This document shows positions 8,747 to 18,520 of a stretch of DNA of 64,000 nt, one piece after another. The translations under genes were made by a program, and so were the position numbers. The notes under the pieces were generated by a model that did no database searches, was not told the origin of the DNA, and was given only the letters and a program-made list of their open reading frames with translations. Each line of letters starts with the position of its first letter. The first letter of the stretch is position 1. Source of the stretch: a virus; the IMG/VR virus record IMGVR_UViG_3300031673_008942, positions 32,001 to 96,000 of that record; one strand, given 5' to 3'.

Positions 8747-9628
8747 TTGGCGATTGGTTATGAAGGTTATGTGACGTTAAAGGTTGATGCTACGGAAGAT
8801 TTGGCACTTTGCACAGGTGCCTCCGTACCGAAGACCCGTGTTCGATTGGAAAGTAGTTCCGGTTATGGTGGTCAAATCAATTCTCCGGTTTCGGAGATTG
8901 GTATTGGCTTGCCTCGGAATTATGATTTTGATGAATACAGCGGAAGCATAAACTTTGAATTGACTGAAGATTTTTTAGTCAACCAGATGAAAGAATGGTT
9001 GTTTGACCGACAGAAGAAGGGTGTTGTTACTCTTTCAAGTCGGGACGGTAACGAGCAATTATTCAATTCATCTTATTGGAATAACCTTTCAATATCAGCG
9101 ACAGAAGGTGGTGTTCTTGAGGGTTCTATTGGGTTTGTAGCCGAGACGATAAGTAATTACGACATTGGTGGTGACTATATCGGCAATAAAATTGGTCAGG
9201 GCTTCCTTTGTAATCCAGGGTCATTGAATATTCCAGCTCCGTTAAATGCAGATAGCAATTTATCACCCATACCCTACTGGAATAGTTCAATTATCGTGGA
9301 TGGAACTTTACGAGAATTCAACAGTTGGAGTTTAGATTTCAACCAAGAAGTTGTGAAGTTCTATGCTTGCGAGCACAATACAACTCCTCAGGCACCAAAG
9401 TACATTGCCGTCGGACCCATGACAGCCACTTTTTCAGGAGACTTCATGTTTGTTGATTCAACGACATGGACGTTTCCTGATTATGTCTCAACACTGGTTG
9501 TGAATATTGGTGGTGCATCCATCTCCATGGCTGATTTAGAGAGTTTGACAACGAATGATGCAGTACAGGGGCCAGATTCATTGACTCCAGTTTCTGTAGA
9601 GTATGCGGTTTATCAGCTAGTCGCTTAA
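8747..9628 (+). CDS. Tail tube protein paralog 2
   Basis: TTG start with GAGGT RBS; shares GYEGYV, PIPYW, SWSLDFNQ, GPMTATFSG blocks with 7631..8725. Confidence 0.6.
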   Translation: MAIGYEGYVTLKVDATEDLALCTGASVPKTRVRLESSSGYGGQINSPVSEIGIGLPRNYDFDEYSGSINFELTEDFLVNQMKEWLFDRQKKGVVTLSSRDGNEQLFNSSYWNNLSISATEGGVLEGSIGFVAETISNYDIGGDYIGNKIGQGFLCNPGSLNIPAPLNADSNLSPIPYWNSSIIVDGTLREFNSWSLDFNQEVVKFYACEHNTTPQAPKYIAVGPMTATFSGDFMFVDSTTWTFPDYVSTLVVNIGGASISMADLESLTTNDAVQGPDSLTPVSVEYAVYQLVA

Positions 9629-9788
9629 GTTTAGCTGTGACAAGTCTGTATAATAAATAGACTTGGTAATATGAAATGAGAATTATATGAAAGATAAGCA
9701 CAGGATAGTACTTTGTCATACCCGTTTAAAATTATGGGTATTTTGGACTTTGGACTTCTGTGCTTTCGTGTTTTAAAGGAGAAAATTA

Positions 9789-10280
9789 ATGGCTAAGACA
9801 ATCGAATCTAAGAATAAAAATAAGCGAGGAGGCAAAGAAGAGGATAGGGTTGATGTCCGCTTAATGCAACCTGGCAAATATGAGGTTTCACCTGATGATA
9901 CCTTTACCATTGATATCTATCTTCAAATAAAAGAGAAGAGGTGGATTCTGGTTGAGGAAAGTGAAGAAGAAGATGTCTTTCATGAAGAGGTAGTAATGAA
10001 AATGTGGACCTATAATGACAGTGTTGAATTGCGGAAGATGGCGACCTCATATGACCAGATGAAGCGACTACACATGATTGACCAAGATTCTTTGAATAGA
10101 CTGAAGATTCAAAAGTTCTTGGTTTCATGGACTTTTGGTAGGGATAATGAGAGGCTGAAGTTGCATCATCATAATAAGACGTTAACCGATGAGTCTTGGG
10201 CTGCGGTTTCGAAATTGCAACCAAATATTTTGGAATACATAATTCAAAAAATGAATGCGGTTTATGAGTATAACGGTTGA
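9789..10280 (+). CDS. Tail assembly chaperone-like protein (paralog 1)
   Basis: AAGGAG RBS; TY.D...LRK...LVSWTF...L.PNIL pattern shared with 10264 and 11807; lies between tube and tape measure genes. Confidence 0.55.
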   Translation: MAKTIESKNKNKRGGKEEDRVDVRLMQPGKYEVSPDDTFTIDIYLQIKEKRWILVEESEEEDVFHEEVVMKMWTYNDSVELRKMATSYDQMKRLHMIDQDSLNRLKIQKFLVSWTFGRDNERLKLHHHNKTLTDESWAAVSKLQPNILEYIIQKMNAVYEYNG

Positions 10281-11007
10281 AGAATTAGCTAGAAAAGAAT
10301 GGGAAGCCATGCAAGACCCGACACGGGTTAGAGTCCGTATTGGGGTGAAATGGTTTGGCTCTATATGTCTTCCATGTTCCTTGAAAGACTGCAAGGAAGA
10401 GCATGAAGCTGTTTTTAAGACATTGACCTATGGGGACAATGCATTGATTGAGAAGGTTTGTACTTATGAGGGAGAGATAGAGCGTGGTATAAAGAAGAAT
10501 CAGGTAGATGTGATTGAGATGAGAAGGTTAATCGTTAAGCGTAATTTACTAGAATGGACACTTCCGATTAAGATTGAGAGAGAGGAGGGGTGGATGTGTC
10601 CTGAGAGTTATGAGAAGATAAGCCTAGTTCCGGCTCCATTGATGGATGCTTTTTTGGATGAATTTGAATCGAGGTGTTCTGTTTCTTCAAAGGATGAGCA
10701 GATGATAAGTCGTCAAGCTACGGTGTTGTTTGGTAAAAATAGTAGTGGGGTGGCCGATGCTTGTGAGGCAGTGAGTTTATTTTGTACATATGGTAATTAT
10801 AGCGAGAAATTTGGAATTGACAGAGAATCGTTGATTGGGTTGCCTTATAGGGAATATTTGATGTTAAAGATGATGGTAAATCATGAGAATAAGGCAACGG
10901 CACAGCAACAAACGCAGTCTAGGTCTACCTCTCATACAAAAATTGCAGGAATGGGTAGTTCACGAATTCGTCCAAGTAGGGGAGTTTCAGTACCTGGAAC
11001 TGGGTAA
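10264..11007 (+). CDS. Tail assembly chaperone-like protein (paralog 2) with C-terminal gpT-like extension
   Basis: FKTLTYGD...LLEWTL...VPAPLMD core, then FGIDRESLIGLPYREYLML; start could also be 10255. Confidence 0.55.
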   Translation: MSITVEELARKEWEAMQDPTRVRVRIGVKWFGSICLPCSLKDCKEEHEAVFKTLTYGDNALIEKVCTYEGEIERGIKKNQVDVIEMRRLIVKRNLLEWTLPIKIEREEGWMCPESYEKISLVPAPLMDAFLDEFESRCSVSSKDEQMISRQATVLFGKNSSGVADACEAVSLFCTYGNYSEKFGIDRESLIGLPYREYLMLKMMVNHENKATAQQQTQSRSTSHTKIAGMGSSRIRPSRGVSVPGTG

Positions 11008-11018
11008 AGGTAAAGTTT

Positions 11019-11792
11019 ATGGCAGATGATACTAAAAGATTAGGATATGGCGGTAGTGCCGAGATTGATGGTGAGCAGGTTCTCATCACCTCTGGTGGTT
11101 TTAATTCTGCCACATCTATTAGTTATCTTCAGATGCTTGGCTTGCAGCCAGTGACAGATAGTCGGTCAAAGGTAAAGCATGCAGATGGGGCAACTGCTTA
11201 TAGCGGCGAGTTATCATTAGATGTGACTGATAGTTTTTTAAATATCTTGACTACTTCACGGATTTTGTCCCGTGGTTATATGTTCAAGGTGGGTATTGAT
11301 GATGGAGAGGATGGACAAGAATTAGATAATTGTTTAATAACGAGCCTTAGTTTACAAGGAACGTTTGGTGGCTTGGTGACATGTTCGATAAGTTTTGTCA
11401 GTGCCGAGGCTCCAACAAGCAGTGCAAGTGTAGCGAACGCTTTTATAGGAGATGCAGAGCCTTTAGGGTATTGGTATTCAGGTAATACAGATGTTAGAGA
11501 GTGGTCTTTCTCAATGAATCAAGATGTTCAGCCGGTTTATACGAACGAGAACACTCCGATTCCGAGATACCTAAAGATTGGACTTTTTGATTTTAATTTG
11601 GGTGTGACAACCTATGAGCAAGTGATTAACACAAGTGTGATAAACATTGCGACAAGGACGTTCACATTAACTGGAGACTCGGCGAGCGAGGGTTTCCAAT
11701 TCGCAGGTGTTACAGACTTAGGGTTGTACACCAATGCGTTTGAAACAGCAGCCTCCATTTCGGTGGGGTCTGGTGGCACTATTATAACATAA
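11019..11792 (+). CDS. Tail tube protein paralog 3
   Basis: LGYGGSA, PLGYW, EWSFSMNQ, PRYLKIG blocks match the other two tube paralogs. Confidence 0.6.
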   Translation: MADDTKRLGYGGSAEIDGEQVLITSGGFNSATSISYLQMLGLQPVTDSRSKVKHADGATAYSGELSLDVTDSFLNILTTSRILSRGYMFKVGIDDGEDGQELDNCLITSLSLQGTFGGLVTCSISFVSAEAPTSSASVANAFIGDAEPLGYWYSGNTDVREWSFSMNQDVQPVYTNENTPIPRYLKIGLFDFNLGVTTYEQVINTSVINIATRTFTLTGDSASEGFQFAGVTDLGLYTNAFETAASISVGSGGTIIT

Positions 11793-11806
11793 AAAGGAGA
11801 CACGAG

Positions 11807-12505
11807 ATGTCTGAGACAGAAGTGAAAGAGAATGAAGAAAATAAAGTTAGTGAAAAGGTAGCAGTGGAGGAAACTCTTGTTGAGGCCATTGTTGAAACCC
11901 CTGTTGAAACCCCTGTTGAAGCCCCTGTTGCGGAAGAGGTCGCAGAAGTCTCTCAGAAGGAGGAGGGGAAAGAGCACAATGGTGTTAAAGAGATTGCTCA
12001 TAACGAAGATGTGATGGCAGAAGCTCAAGATTCTGAAGAGACTGAGGATGATGGAATAGCGGCATTGCCAAATTTCTTTATTGAAGACGATGATGTATGC
12101 AAGGTCGAGGTTGATGTTCTTACAGACAAGGAAGGTAAGATAGTAGCAGTAGGTCGAACAAGCGTTGGGCTTGGAGAAGAGGAGTTCCCTTCTTTAAGGT
12201 ATACCCATCAGTGGTTTGATTTTAAGGTTCCAAATTATGAAGCAATGAGTAATTATAGGAAGGCTTGTTCTATTCAGTCTAAGGACGGTCAGATTGTAAT
12301 TGATAGATACAAGATGAGAGATTTTCTTTTAGTTTGGCATTTGAAGGATTGGAGTTTAACTAATCCAAAAGGTGAAAAGGTTAAGCTGAAACATGATAAA
12401 GAAGGGAGGCTAAATGATGCCTCTACTGAGATGGTTTATAAAGTTCCACCTGCTTTATTGGATGTGGTTTTAACAATATTTGAAAAGGACCAAGTGCTTA
12501 TTTAG
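11807..12505 (+). CDS. Tail assembly chaperone-like protein (paralog 3) with acidic low-complexity N-terminus
   Basis: AAGGAG RBS; FKVPNYE...LKDWSL...VPPALLD core; immediately precedes the tape measure gene. Confidence 0.55.
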   Translation: MSETEVKENEENKVSEKVAVEETLVEAIVETPVETPVEAPVAEEVAEVSQKEEGKEHNGVKEIAHNEDVMAEAQDSEETEDDGIAALPNFFIEDDDVCKVEVDVLTDKEGKIVAVGRTSVGLGEEEFPSLRYTHQWFDFKVPNYEAMSNYRKACSIQSKDGQIVIDRYKMRDFLLVWHLKDWSLTNPKGEKVKLKHDKEGRLNDASTEMVYKVPPALLDVVLTIFEKDQVLI

Positions 12506-12523
12506 TCCTGAGGAAAGGTAATT

Positions 12524-15500
12524 ATGCCAAGAGAATTTGAAGACTTTTCAGATGACGTAAGTAAGGGAACGGATAAGGTAAAGAATAGCCTTGACGGAAT
12601 CTCTAAGGCGGCTGCTGATGCGGATAAGGCTCATAATAAGTTGAGCGATTCGCAGAAGGCAGGTACTGCTATTGCTGATAAGTATGCAAAATCTCTAGAG
12701 AAGGTCAGTGCTGGCACTTTCGCAGTTGGCGAGGCTAGTAAGAAAGCTTATAAGGGTCTTGAAAAACTTGCTTCCATTAAAGGGAATGGTCTCTCAGGAA
12801 TCGAGGCAAACATTACTGGTATTACTAGTGCTATCTCAAATATGGATAGCGATGTTAGTAGGGCAATTGACCTTTTGGAGAGATTGTCAAATCAAGAAGT
12901 TGAGATAAAAATACCTGAACCTGACTTCGAGTTTGTTAAGGATTTCAAGAAGGGTACTGATTCGATTAATGCCGACCTTATAATGTTGGAGAAGACTGCC
13001 TCCAAACTGGGTAAGCAACAGTTTTTGGAATTGAGTATCGAGCTTGGAGGTCGAGAAGCGATTTCTTCCTTCCTTGATGAGATGGATGATTTGGAGAAGA
13101 AGGCTTTCCAAGCACAGGTAGACCTAAAGGGATTAGACGGAGCAGTACAGGATTTGGCTCAAAGTTCTCCTGTTCTCGCTGCTAATCTGATGAAGGCAAG
13201 AGAGGCGGCTGATGAGTTGGCACGGTCGTCCTCGACCCTTTCTGGGGAGATTGATAAGGCGGCCAGTGTTACAGACTTGGCTCGTAAAAGATTCCAAGAA
13301 GGAGCTAATGAGGCAAAAGGTTTTGCAGGAGGGCTTGGGGAAACGAGCGGGAAAGCAGTTGGAGCAGGCGTGGCGGTCTTTTACCTTGCTGAGAAATTGG
13401 CAGGATTGATAGATGAGTTTAAAGGGGCGGCTCTTGAGGCTGCAACTTTTAGACGTGAGACAGAGGCGTTAGAGCACGCTCTTGGAGGAATCGTAGTTCC
13501 AGGTGAGTTAGAAGATATCCGACAAAGACTTGGTTTGACTCGTGAACAGGCTACGGAGTTTTTCAAGGTTCTTGAAGCTGGAGCAACAAGTGGTGTCGCT
13601 AGCATTGATAAGTTAGCGGATGCAGGTGAGAAACTGAGGAACACTTTTGGTGGAGACCAGACAGACCGCTTGAGAGAGTATGTTGATTTGTTGAAAGAGA
13701 TTCCATCTTTGGATGCAGATTTAAGTATTAGTGCTGATTTGGATGACCAAGCGGCAGCCCTATTCGCATTGGCCGAAGCAGGGAAGATTCAAACGGTTAT
13801 TGATTTACAGGCAGCCGGTCTTGCTGGTGGCATACAAATTGAGGCGAGTAAGGAAGAGGTTAATTTATTAAACGTGGCTCAGAAGACCGAGCAACAGGTG
13901 CAGAATATCAAAGATTTTCTGGTTGGGAAACTTTTCCCGACTTGGGGTCCAGTTATTGGAGAGGTGGCTTCCGGGGTGACCAAGGTTATTGGATTACTAG
14001 GAGGAGCATTAGCACTATTTGGGGCGATGAAGATATTTCTTGGTAGTCAGATTGTGGCTCAGAATGCAACCACAAAGGCAGTTCTTTTAGGAGGACTGGG
14101 TGGTAAGGCAGGAAAGTTGGGTAAGGCAGGGGCTTTAAGGAAAGGATTTTCTCGTGGAGGGGGAGGCATTGGCGGAGTTAAACGGGGCGTATCTGGGGCG
14201 ATAAAGGCAACTGCTTTTACGAAGGCTACGACCAAGTTGGGGAAGGTAGCTCAGATTGGGGCTAAGGGGCTCTTGAAGGTTGGGAATGCTTCCAAGATTG
14301 CTGGTGGAGGGATGTTGAAGTTGGGTTCTCAATTTGCTAAAGCCGGGGGGATTTGGGGGGCAGTTGCACTTGTGGTGGGGATAGGAGCCACAGCGTTAGC
14401 AGATAAATTGGAAGAATCAGGGAACCGAGGAGGTGCTTCAGTTGCTAGATTTTCTGGAGAGCTATTAAAGGCAGGTGGAACGATTGCCTCTTTTGCTGCC
14501 ATGGGTAGTGTTATTCCTGGTGTGGGGACTGCTATTGGAGCAATAGCAGGGGTAGCAGTTGTTGCCATATCTTCCCTTGGAAGCTTAGGCGATGTTGCTT
14601 CTGGATTGGGGCAGGAACTTAATTCTACCGTTGACTCAGGGAAAAAATATGCAGGGTGGCTTCAGTCAACTGGTAAGGCATTAGACTGGATGGGGAAGAA
14701 GACTAGCAAGGCAGGTGCTGTCGTTGGTGACTGGGGCGATTTGATAAAATTTGGTACTAGTAAGGTTTGGGATGGGGTCAAAGCATTGGGTGGATGGATT
14801 AAAGGTTTGGGAGAGAGTGCAATTTATGGCGACGAATATGCTGCTTCTCTGAAAAAAGCTCGTGAGGCTCAGGGTGAATCTAATAAGTATGGTGCCGTAA
14901 TTGCATCGGCTCGGTCCAAGATGGCTAAATCTAGCGATAAAGTATCCAAGGCAATGCTGGAGCTGCAGAAGAATACCCAGGAATCAGGGATGGCTCTTCA
15001 ACAACAATTGCAAAGAACCAAGGCTGAATTTGAAGGAATAAAGTTTAGACTCTTTGAAAGAAATTTAGAAATTGCTTCTGATAGATTGTCTTTATTGTCT
15101 GATATCGGAGGGGATACTGGTAATTTCGAAAGAGCTATAGAATCAACCACTAGTGCTTTAAATGAGAAGTTTAAAAAGCTTACTGATTCTCTAGGTAAGA
15201 GAAGGTCTGATATTCTTAAAGATGGAGAGCTTAGTGCTTCAGGTCGTAAGGCTGCTCTTAATGACCTTTATGCTAAAGAAGTTTCTGCTGTTCGAGAATT
15301 GGTGGATGGGGTAAATAGTGTCGTTGATGCTCTTATGAAAACTCCATCTATTGTACTGAGGGGGTTGAAAGATGAGTTGGAGAAAGGTCGATTTGATATT
15401 CAGCTTGATGCAGGAGCTTTAGGTATTGATGATTTTACTAAAGGGTTAGATAGTCAATTTGATAATGCTTTTACTAATTTAACTGAGAGTTTTGAAGCGG

Positions 15501-18500
15501 CGTCGAAAGCTGGAGATGCATTGGCAGAAGCTGATAAGAAACTAGCAGAACAGAGTAAAAAAACTCAGGCGGTAGTGTCAGATGCATGGTTTGGTATGTC
15601 GGATGAACTCAAGAAGGATTTAGGGGGTGTTGCCAAGGTTGGAAAGAAGACCGTAAAGGGTCCTTATGGCGAGACTAGAGAGGAAGATATAGTTACAGGA
15701 ATAGATGCATCTAAGGGTGCCGATGCGTTGGTTACGGTAAGAAAAAAGATGGAAGAATTTAAGGCGAACATAGAGAGTACGAATGATGCTCTTAAAAATA
15801 TTCCTGCCTTTAATATAGGTGCAAATCTTAAGGGAATGAAAGAGGAGTTAGATGCCCAGAAAGCGGTTACCGAAGAGGCGAATAAATCAGCCAAAGAGGC
15901 GAATGATGCTTTTCTGAAAAACCCGGCAGGAGAAGGGGCTAAAGAGGCAAGACAGAAAGCTGGTGATGCTGCTAAAAAGGAAGCGAAGGCAGAAAGCAAG
16001 ATGCAGGCCGAATATAATATATATAAGAAGAAATTGTTGGGTCAACTTAAAGATGTTAAAGTTGTTGGAGAAGATGCGCAGGGTTATGTTCAGGAGATGT
16101 TGACAGGGGAAGAGGGAGTGTATCTTTCCCAGAAAAAAATGTTTGATATTAATAAAAAATTAGCTAAAGGGAGCGAGAAAAATCTTGCTATTGTAAATAT
16201 AAAAGGTAAGAACCTTAGCAAGTTAAAGGAGTATGGTAAAGCTGAAGCTATTTTAGAGGGTGGTATCAAGAGTGCTTACGATGCTAAGGTAAACGCGGCT
16301 AAGAAAAATTTAGATATTCAAAATAGTATATTTGACCTTCAGAAGAAGGTAGCCTCAGCGATTGCGGCTAGTTCCGGTGTTCTTGAGACACAAGAATTGC
16401 GTGGTATGGAGAATAAGCTGTCATCCCTAGAGTCGCAACAGGTTTTGGCTTCTCAAGGAGGGGATATCATAGGGGCATTGGTTGCTACGACTGACCAAGA
16501 GACTAAACTTTATGCTGCTCGCAACGAAGCTTTGACCAAACAGATTGCGATAGATAAAGAAAACAGAAAAATAGCCGCGACTGCTTTAGAGGATGCTTTG
16601 GCAGACCCAAAATCAGACCCAAAAAAGATAGCTGTTCTTAAAACGACTCTTCAGCAATTTGATAATGTGATGGCTGATAATAGTAAAAAGCTTGCAGATA
16701 ACGCAAAAGAGCTTTTTAGTGCTGGTATTGATTTTGAGAAGGCATTGGATGCTGTTGGTAATAGTCTTTCAGGAAAAAAGATAAGTGCCGAGCTTGACCT
16801 GAGCGAGACCCTTTTTGAGTTCTCTGAATTTTCTAAGGATTTGGCAGGAACTGCTCGTGAAGGATTGAATATTGCGATTAAGGCTGCAAAGGAGCAACGC
16901 CGTCTTGAGGAAGAAGCCATCAAGAGAGCCAATGAAAGGGCTAAGGCTCAGGTGGATGAGCAGGCGAAGGCAATTAGTGACCCTGGTCAAAAGGAACGTT
17001 TTAAGGCAGAAAGGCTTGCAACGATAGATGCGCAATCGAGAGCTCAATTTGCTAAGGCGGAGTTGAAGGAAAAGAAGAAAGTTTTAGAGGCTGCTCAACG
17101 AGAGGCAGACCTTAAGATTGCGGCATTGGATGATGAGCAGGGGTTGTTAGAAGCTCAGGCAGATTTCCTTTCAGAATTTGGTGGTTCGTTTGACCAGTTT
17201 ACAGCAATACAGCAAAAGAGTGTTGGGTTAGAGCGTGAGAAGTTGGCTATCATTGAAGAGCAGTTAGCGGTTGCACGGAGTACTGGCGAGGATACTCGTA
17301 AGGTTCGAGCATTAGAGATTCAGGCGGCGAAGCAAGCATTGAATCTGAGGCGTAAGGAAGTTGGAATTCAGAAAGATATTGCTGAGAAATTACTTGGAAA
17401 AGCTTTTGGCCAATTGAGAGGTAGTTTTGCTGGTTCAAAGAATGCTTTCTCGGATGTTGCTTTATTAGGAAGGGCAAAGACTCGTGTTTCTACTCGTTCT
17501 GGATTACTGACGGGTGCGGAAGGTGGTAAGGTTAAGACTATCGAAGAAAGGGCTGCTGAAAGACAATTAGGGGCGGGTGTTCGAGGTAAGAAGACGGCAG
17601 ATGGTTTGAGTAAAGGTGTGGATGCGTTGTTAGCTGATGCTCCTAAGAGATTGAGTATTGAAGAGGAGATGGCTAAGAGTCTTCAAGAGGGCAACAAGGA
17701 TAATAAAGTATCTGCCGCAGGAATTCAAAAATTAGTTGAGGCGGGTACAACTCCCGGTTCTTTGTATACTCATGATGTTACAAGCGAGGGATGGCTTGCT
17801 AAAATATATGGCTTTTTAACTCAATCGGGTTCTGGGACAACCTCCGAGGCTGAAAAAGCTAAGAAGGAAGTTGCAGATTTGAAGTCTAAGGAGCTAAAAA
17901 GCCTCTCGCCAGGAGACAAACTACAGAAGATAGTTGCAGATAAGCAGGCCAAAGAAGCAAAAAAACTCTCACCTGGAGAGAAGATTCAGCAACAACTTGG
18001 AAAAGCTCAGTTGAAAGAGCGTGAGTTGAGAATGGCTGAAATAAGAAATCCTTTAGCAGGAGGTGGACCTGGTGAGGATATAATGTCTGGGAAAACGTTT
18101 AAAGAATTAGGAAAGATTGAGAAAGAATCATTAAAGAAAGATTCAGATAAAAAGGCATTGTTACAAACTCTTGAGAATACAACTACTGGATTGGGGATGA
18201 CTCCTCTAGCTGAAGGTAATCAGCAAGTAGTTCCTGAATCGAGCAAACTCGCACAGAATGCGGAGCAGGGTAAAAGAGAGGTAATGTCCCAAGAGAAAGT
18301 GGCTCAAAATTCCATGCAACCAAAGCCGGGTTTTGCCGCTCCTTCAGGAGATTTAGGCGGAGGAGGGGGCGAGTTGCCTGCTTTAAAAATAACAGGAACC
18401 ATGGAAGTGAAATTTGATAATCAGATGTTCCGCAATCAAGTGGTTACGATTGTTGGCGAGTCAATTAATACTGGCGAAATAAGAAAGTCGCTGGAACAAT

Positions 18501-18520
18501 TAGTGGTATTTAAGACATAA
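12524..18520 (+). CDS. Tail tape measure protein
   Basis: 1998 aa, Ala/Gly/Lys-rich coiled coil with hydrophobic Gly-rich segments; canonical position after tube and chaperone genes. Confidence 0.85.
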   Translation: MPREFEDFSDDVSKGTDKVKNSLDGISKAAADADKAHNKLSDSQKAGTAIADKYAKSLEKVSAGTFAVGEASKKAYKGLEKLASIKGNGLSGIEANITGITSAISNMDSDVSRAIDLLERLSNQEVEIKIPEPDFEFVKDFKKGTDSINADLIMLEKTASKLGKQQFLELSIELGGREAISSFLDEMDDLEKKAFQAQVDLKGLDGAVQDLAQSSPVLAANLMKAREAADELARSSSTLSGEIDKAASVTDLARKRFQEGANEAKGFAGGLGETSGKAVGAGVAVFYLAEKLAGLIDEFKGAALEAATFRRETEALEHALGGIVVPGELEDIRQRLGLTREQATEFFKVLEAGATSGVASIDKLADAGEKLRNTFGGDQTDRLREYVDLLKEIPSLDADLSISADLDDQAAALFALAEAGKIQTVIDLQAAGLAGGIQIEASKEEVNLLNVAQKTEQQVQNIKDFLVGKLFPTWGPVIGEVASGVTKVIGLLGGALALFGAMKIFLGSQIVAQNATTKAVLLGGLGGKAGKLGKAGALRKGFSRGGGGIGGVKRGVSGAIKATAFTKATTKLGKVAQIGAKGLLKVGNASKIAGGGMLKLGSQFAKAGGIWGAVALVVGIGATALADKLEESGNRGGASVARFSGELLKAGGTIASFAAMGSVIPGVGTAIGAIAGVAVVAISSLGSLGDVASGLGQELNSTVDSGKKYAGWLQSTGKALDWMGKKTSKAGAVVGDWGDLIKFGTSKVWDGVKALGGWIKGLGESAIYGDEYAASLKKAREAQGESNKYGAVIASARSKMAKSSDKVSKAMLELQKNTQESGMALQQQLQRTKAEFEGIKFRLFERNLEIASDRLSLLSDIGGDTGNFERAIESTTSALNEKFKKLTDSLGKRRSDILKDGELSASGRKAALNDLYAKEVSAVRELVDGVNSVVDALMKTPSIVLRGLKDELEKGRFDIQLDAGALGIDDFTKGLDSQFDNAFTNLTESFEAASKAGDALAEADKKLAEQSKKTQAVVSDAWFGMSDELKKDLGGVAKVGKKTVKGPYGETREEDIVTGIDASKGADALVTVRKKMEEFKANIESTNDALKNIPAFNIGANLKGMKEELDAQKAVTEEANKSAKEANDAFLKNPAGEGAKEARQKAGDAAKKEAKAESKMQAEYNIYKKKLLGQLKDVKVVGEDAQGYVQEMLTGEEGVYLSQKKMFDINKKLAKGSEKNLAIVNIKGKNLSKLKEYGKAEAILEGGIKSAYDAKVNAAKKNLDIQNSIFDLQKKVASAIAASSGVLETQELRGMENKLSSLESQQVLASQGGDIIGALVATTDQETKLYAARNEALTKQIAIDKENRKIAATALEDALADPKSDPKKIAVLKTTLQQFDNVMADNSKKLADNAKELFSAGIDFEKALDAVGNSLSGKKISAELDLSETLFEFSEFSKDLAGTAREGLNIAIKAAKEQRRLEEEAIKRANERAKAQVDEQAKAISDPGQKERFKAERLATIDAQSRAQFAKAELKEKKKVLEAAQREADLKIAALDDEQGLLEAQADFLSEFGGSFDQFTAIQQKSVGLEREKLAIIEEQLAVARSTGEDTRKVRALEIQAAKQALNLRRKEVGIQKDIAEKLLGKAFGQLRGSFAGSKNAFSDVALLGRAKTRVSTRSGLLTGAEGGKVKTIEERAAERQLGAGVRGKKTADGLSKGVDALLADAPKRLSIEEEMAKSLQEGNKDNKVSAAGIQKLVEAGTTPGSLYTHDVTSEGWLAKIYGFLTQSGSGTTSEAEKAKKEVADLKSKELKSLSPGDKLQKIVADKQAKEAKKLSPGEKIQQQLGKAQLKERELRMAEIRNPLAGGGPGEDIMSGKTFKELGKIEKESLKKDSDKKALLQTLENTTTGLGMTPLAEGNQQVVPESSKLAQNAEQGKREVMSQEKVAQNSMQPKPGFAAPSGDLGGGGGELPALKITGTMEVKFDNQMFRNQVVTIVGESINTGEIRKSLEQLVVFKT

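Noticed and set aside
10240-10280. Classical G/GT frameshift between ORFs 9789 and 10255
   Set aside because: The second ORF is in the +1 frame and is itself a full paralog of the first, so no fusion is needed
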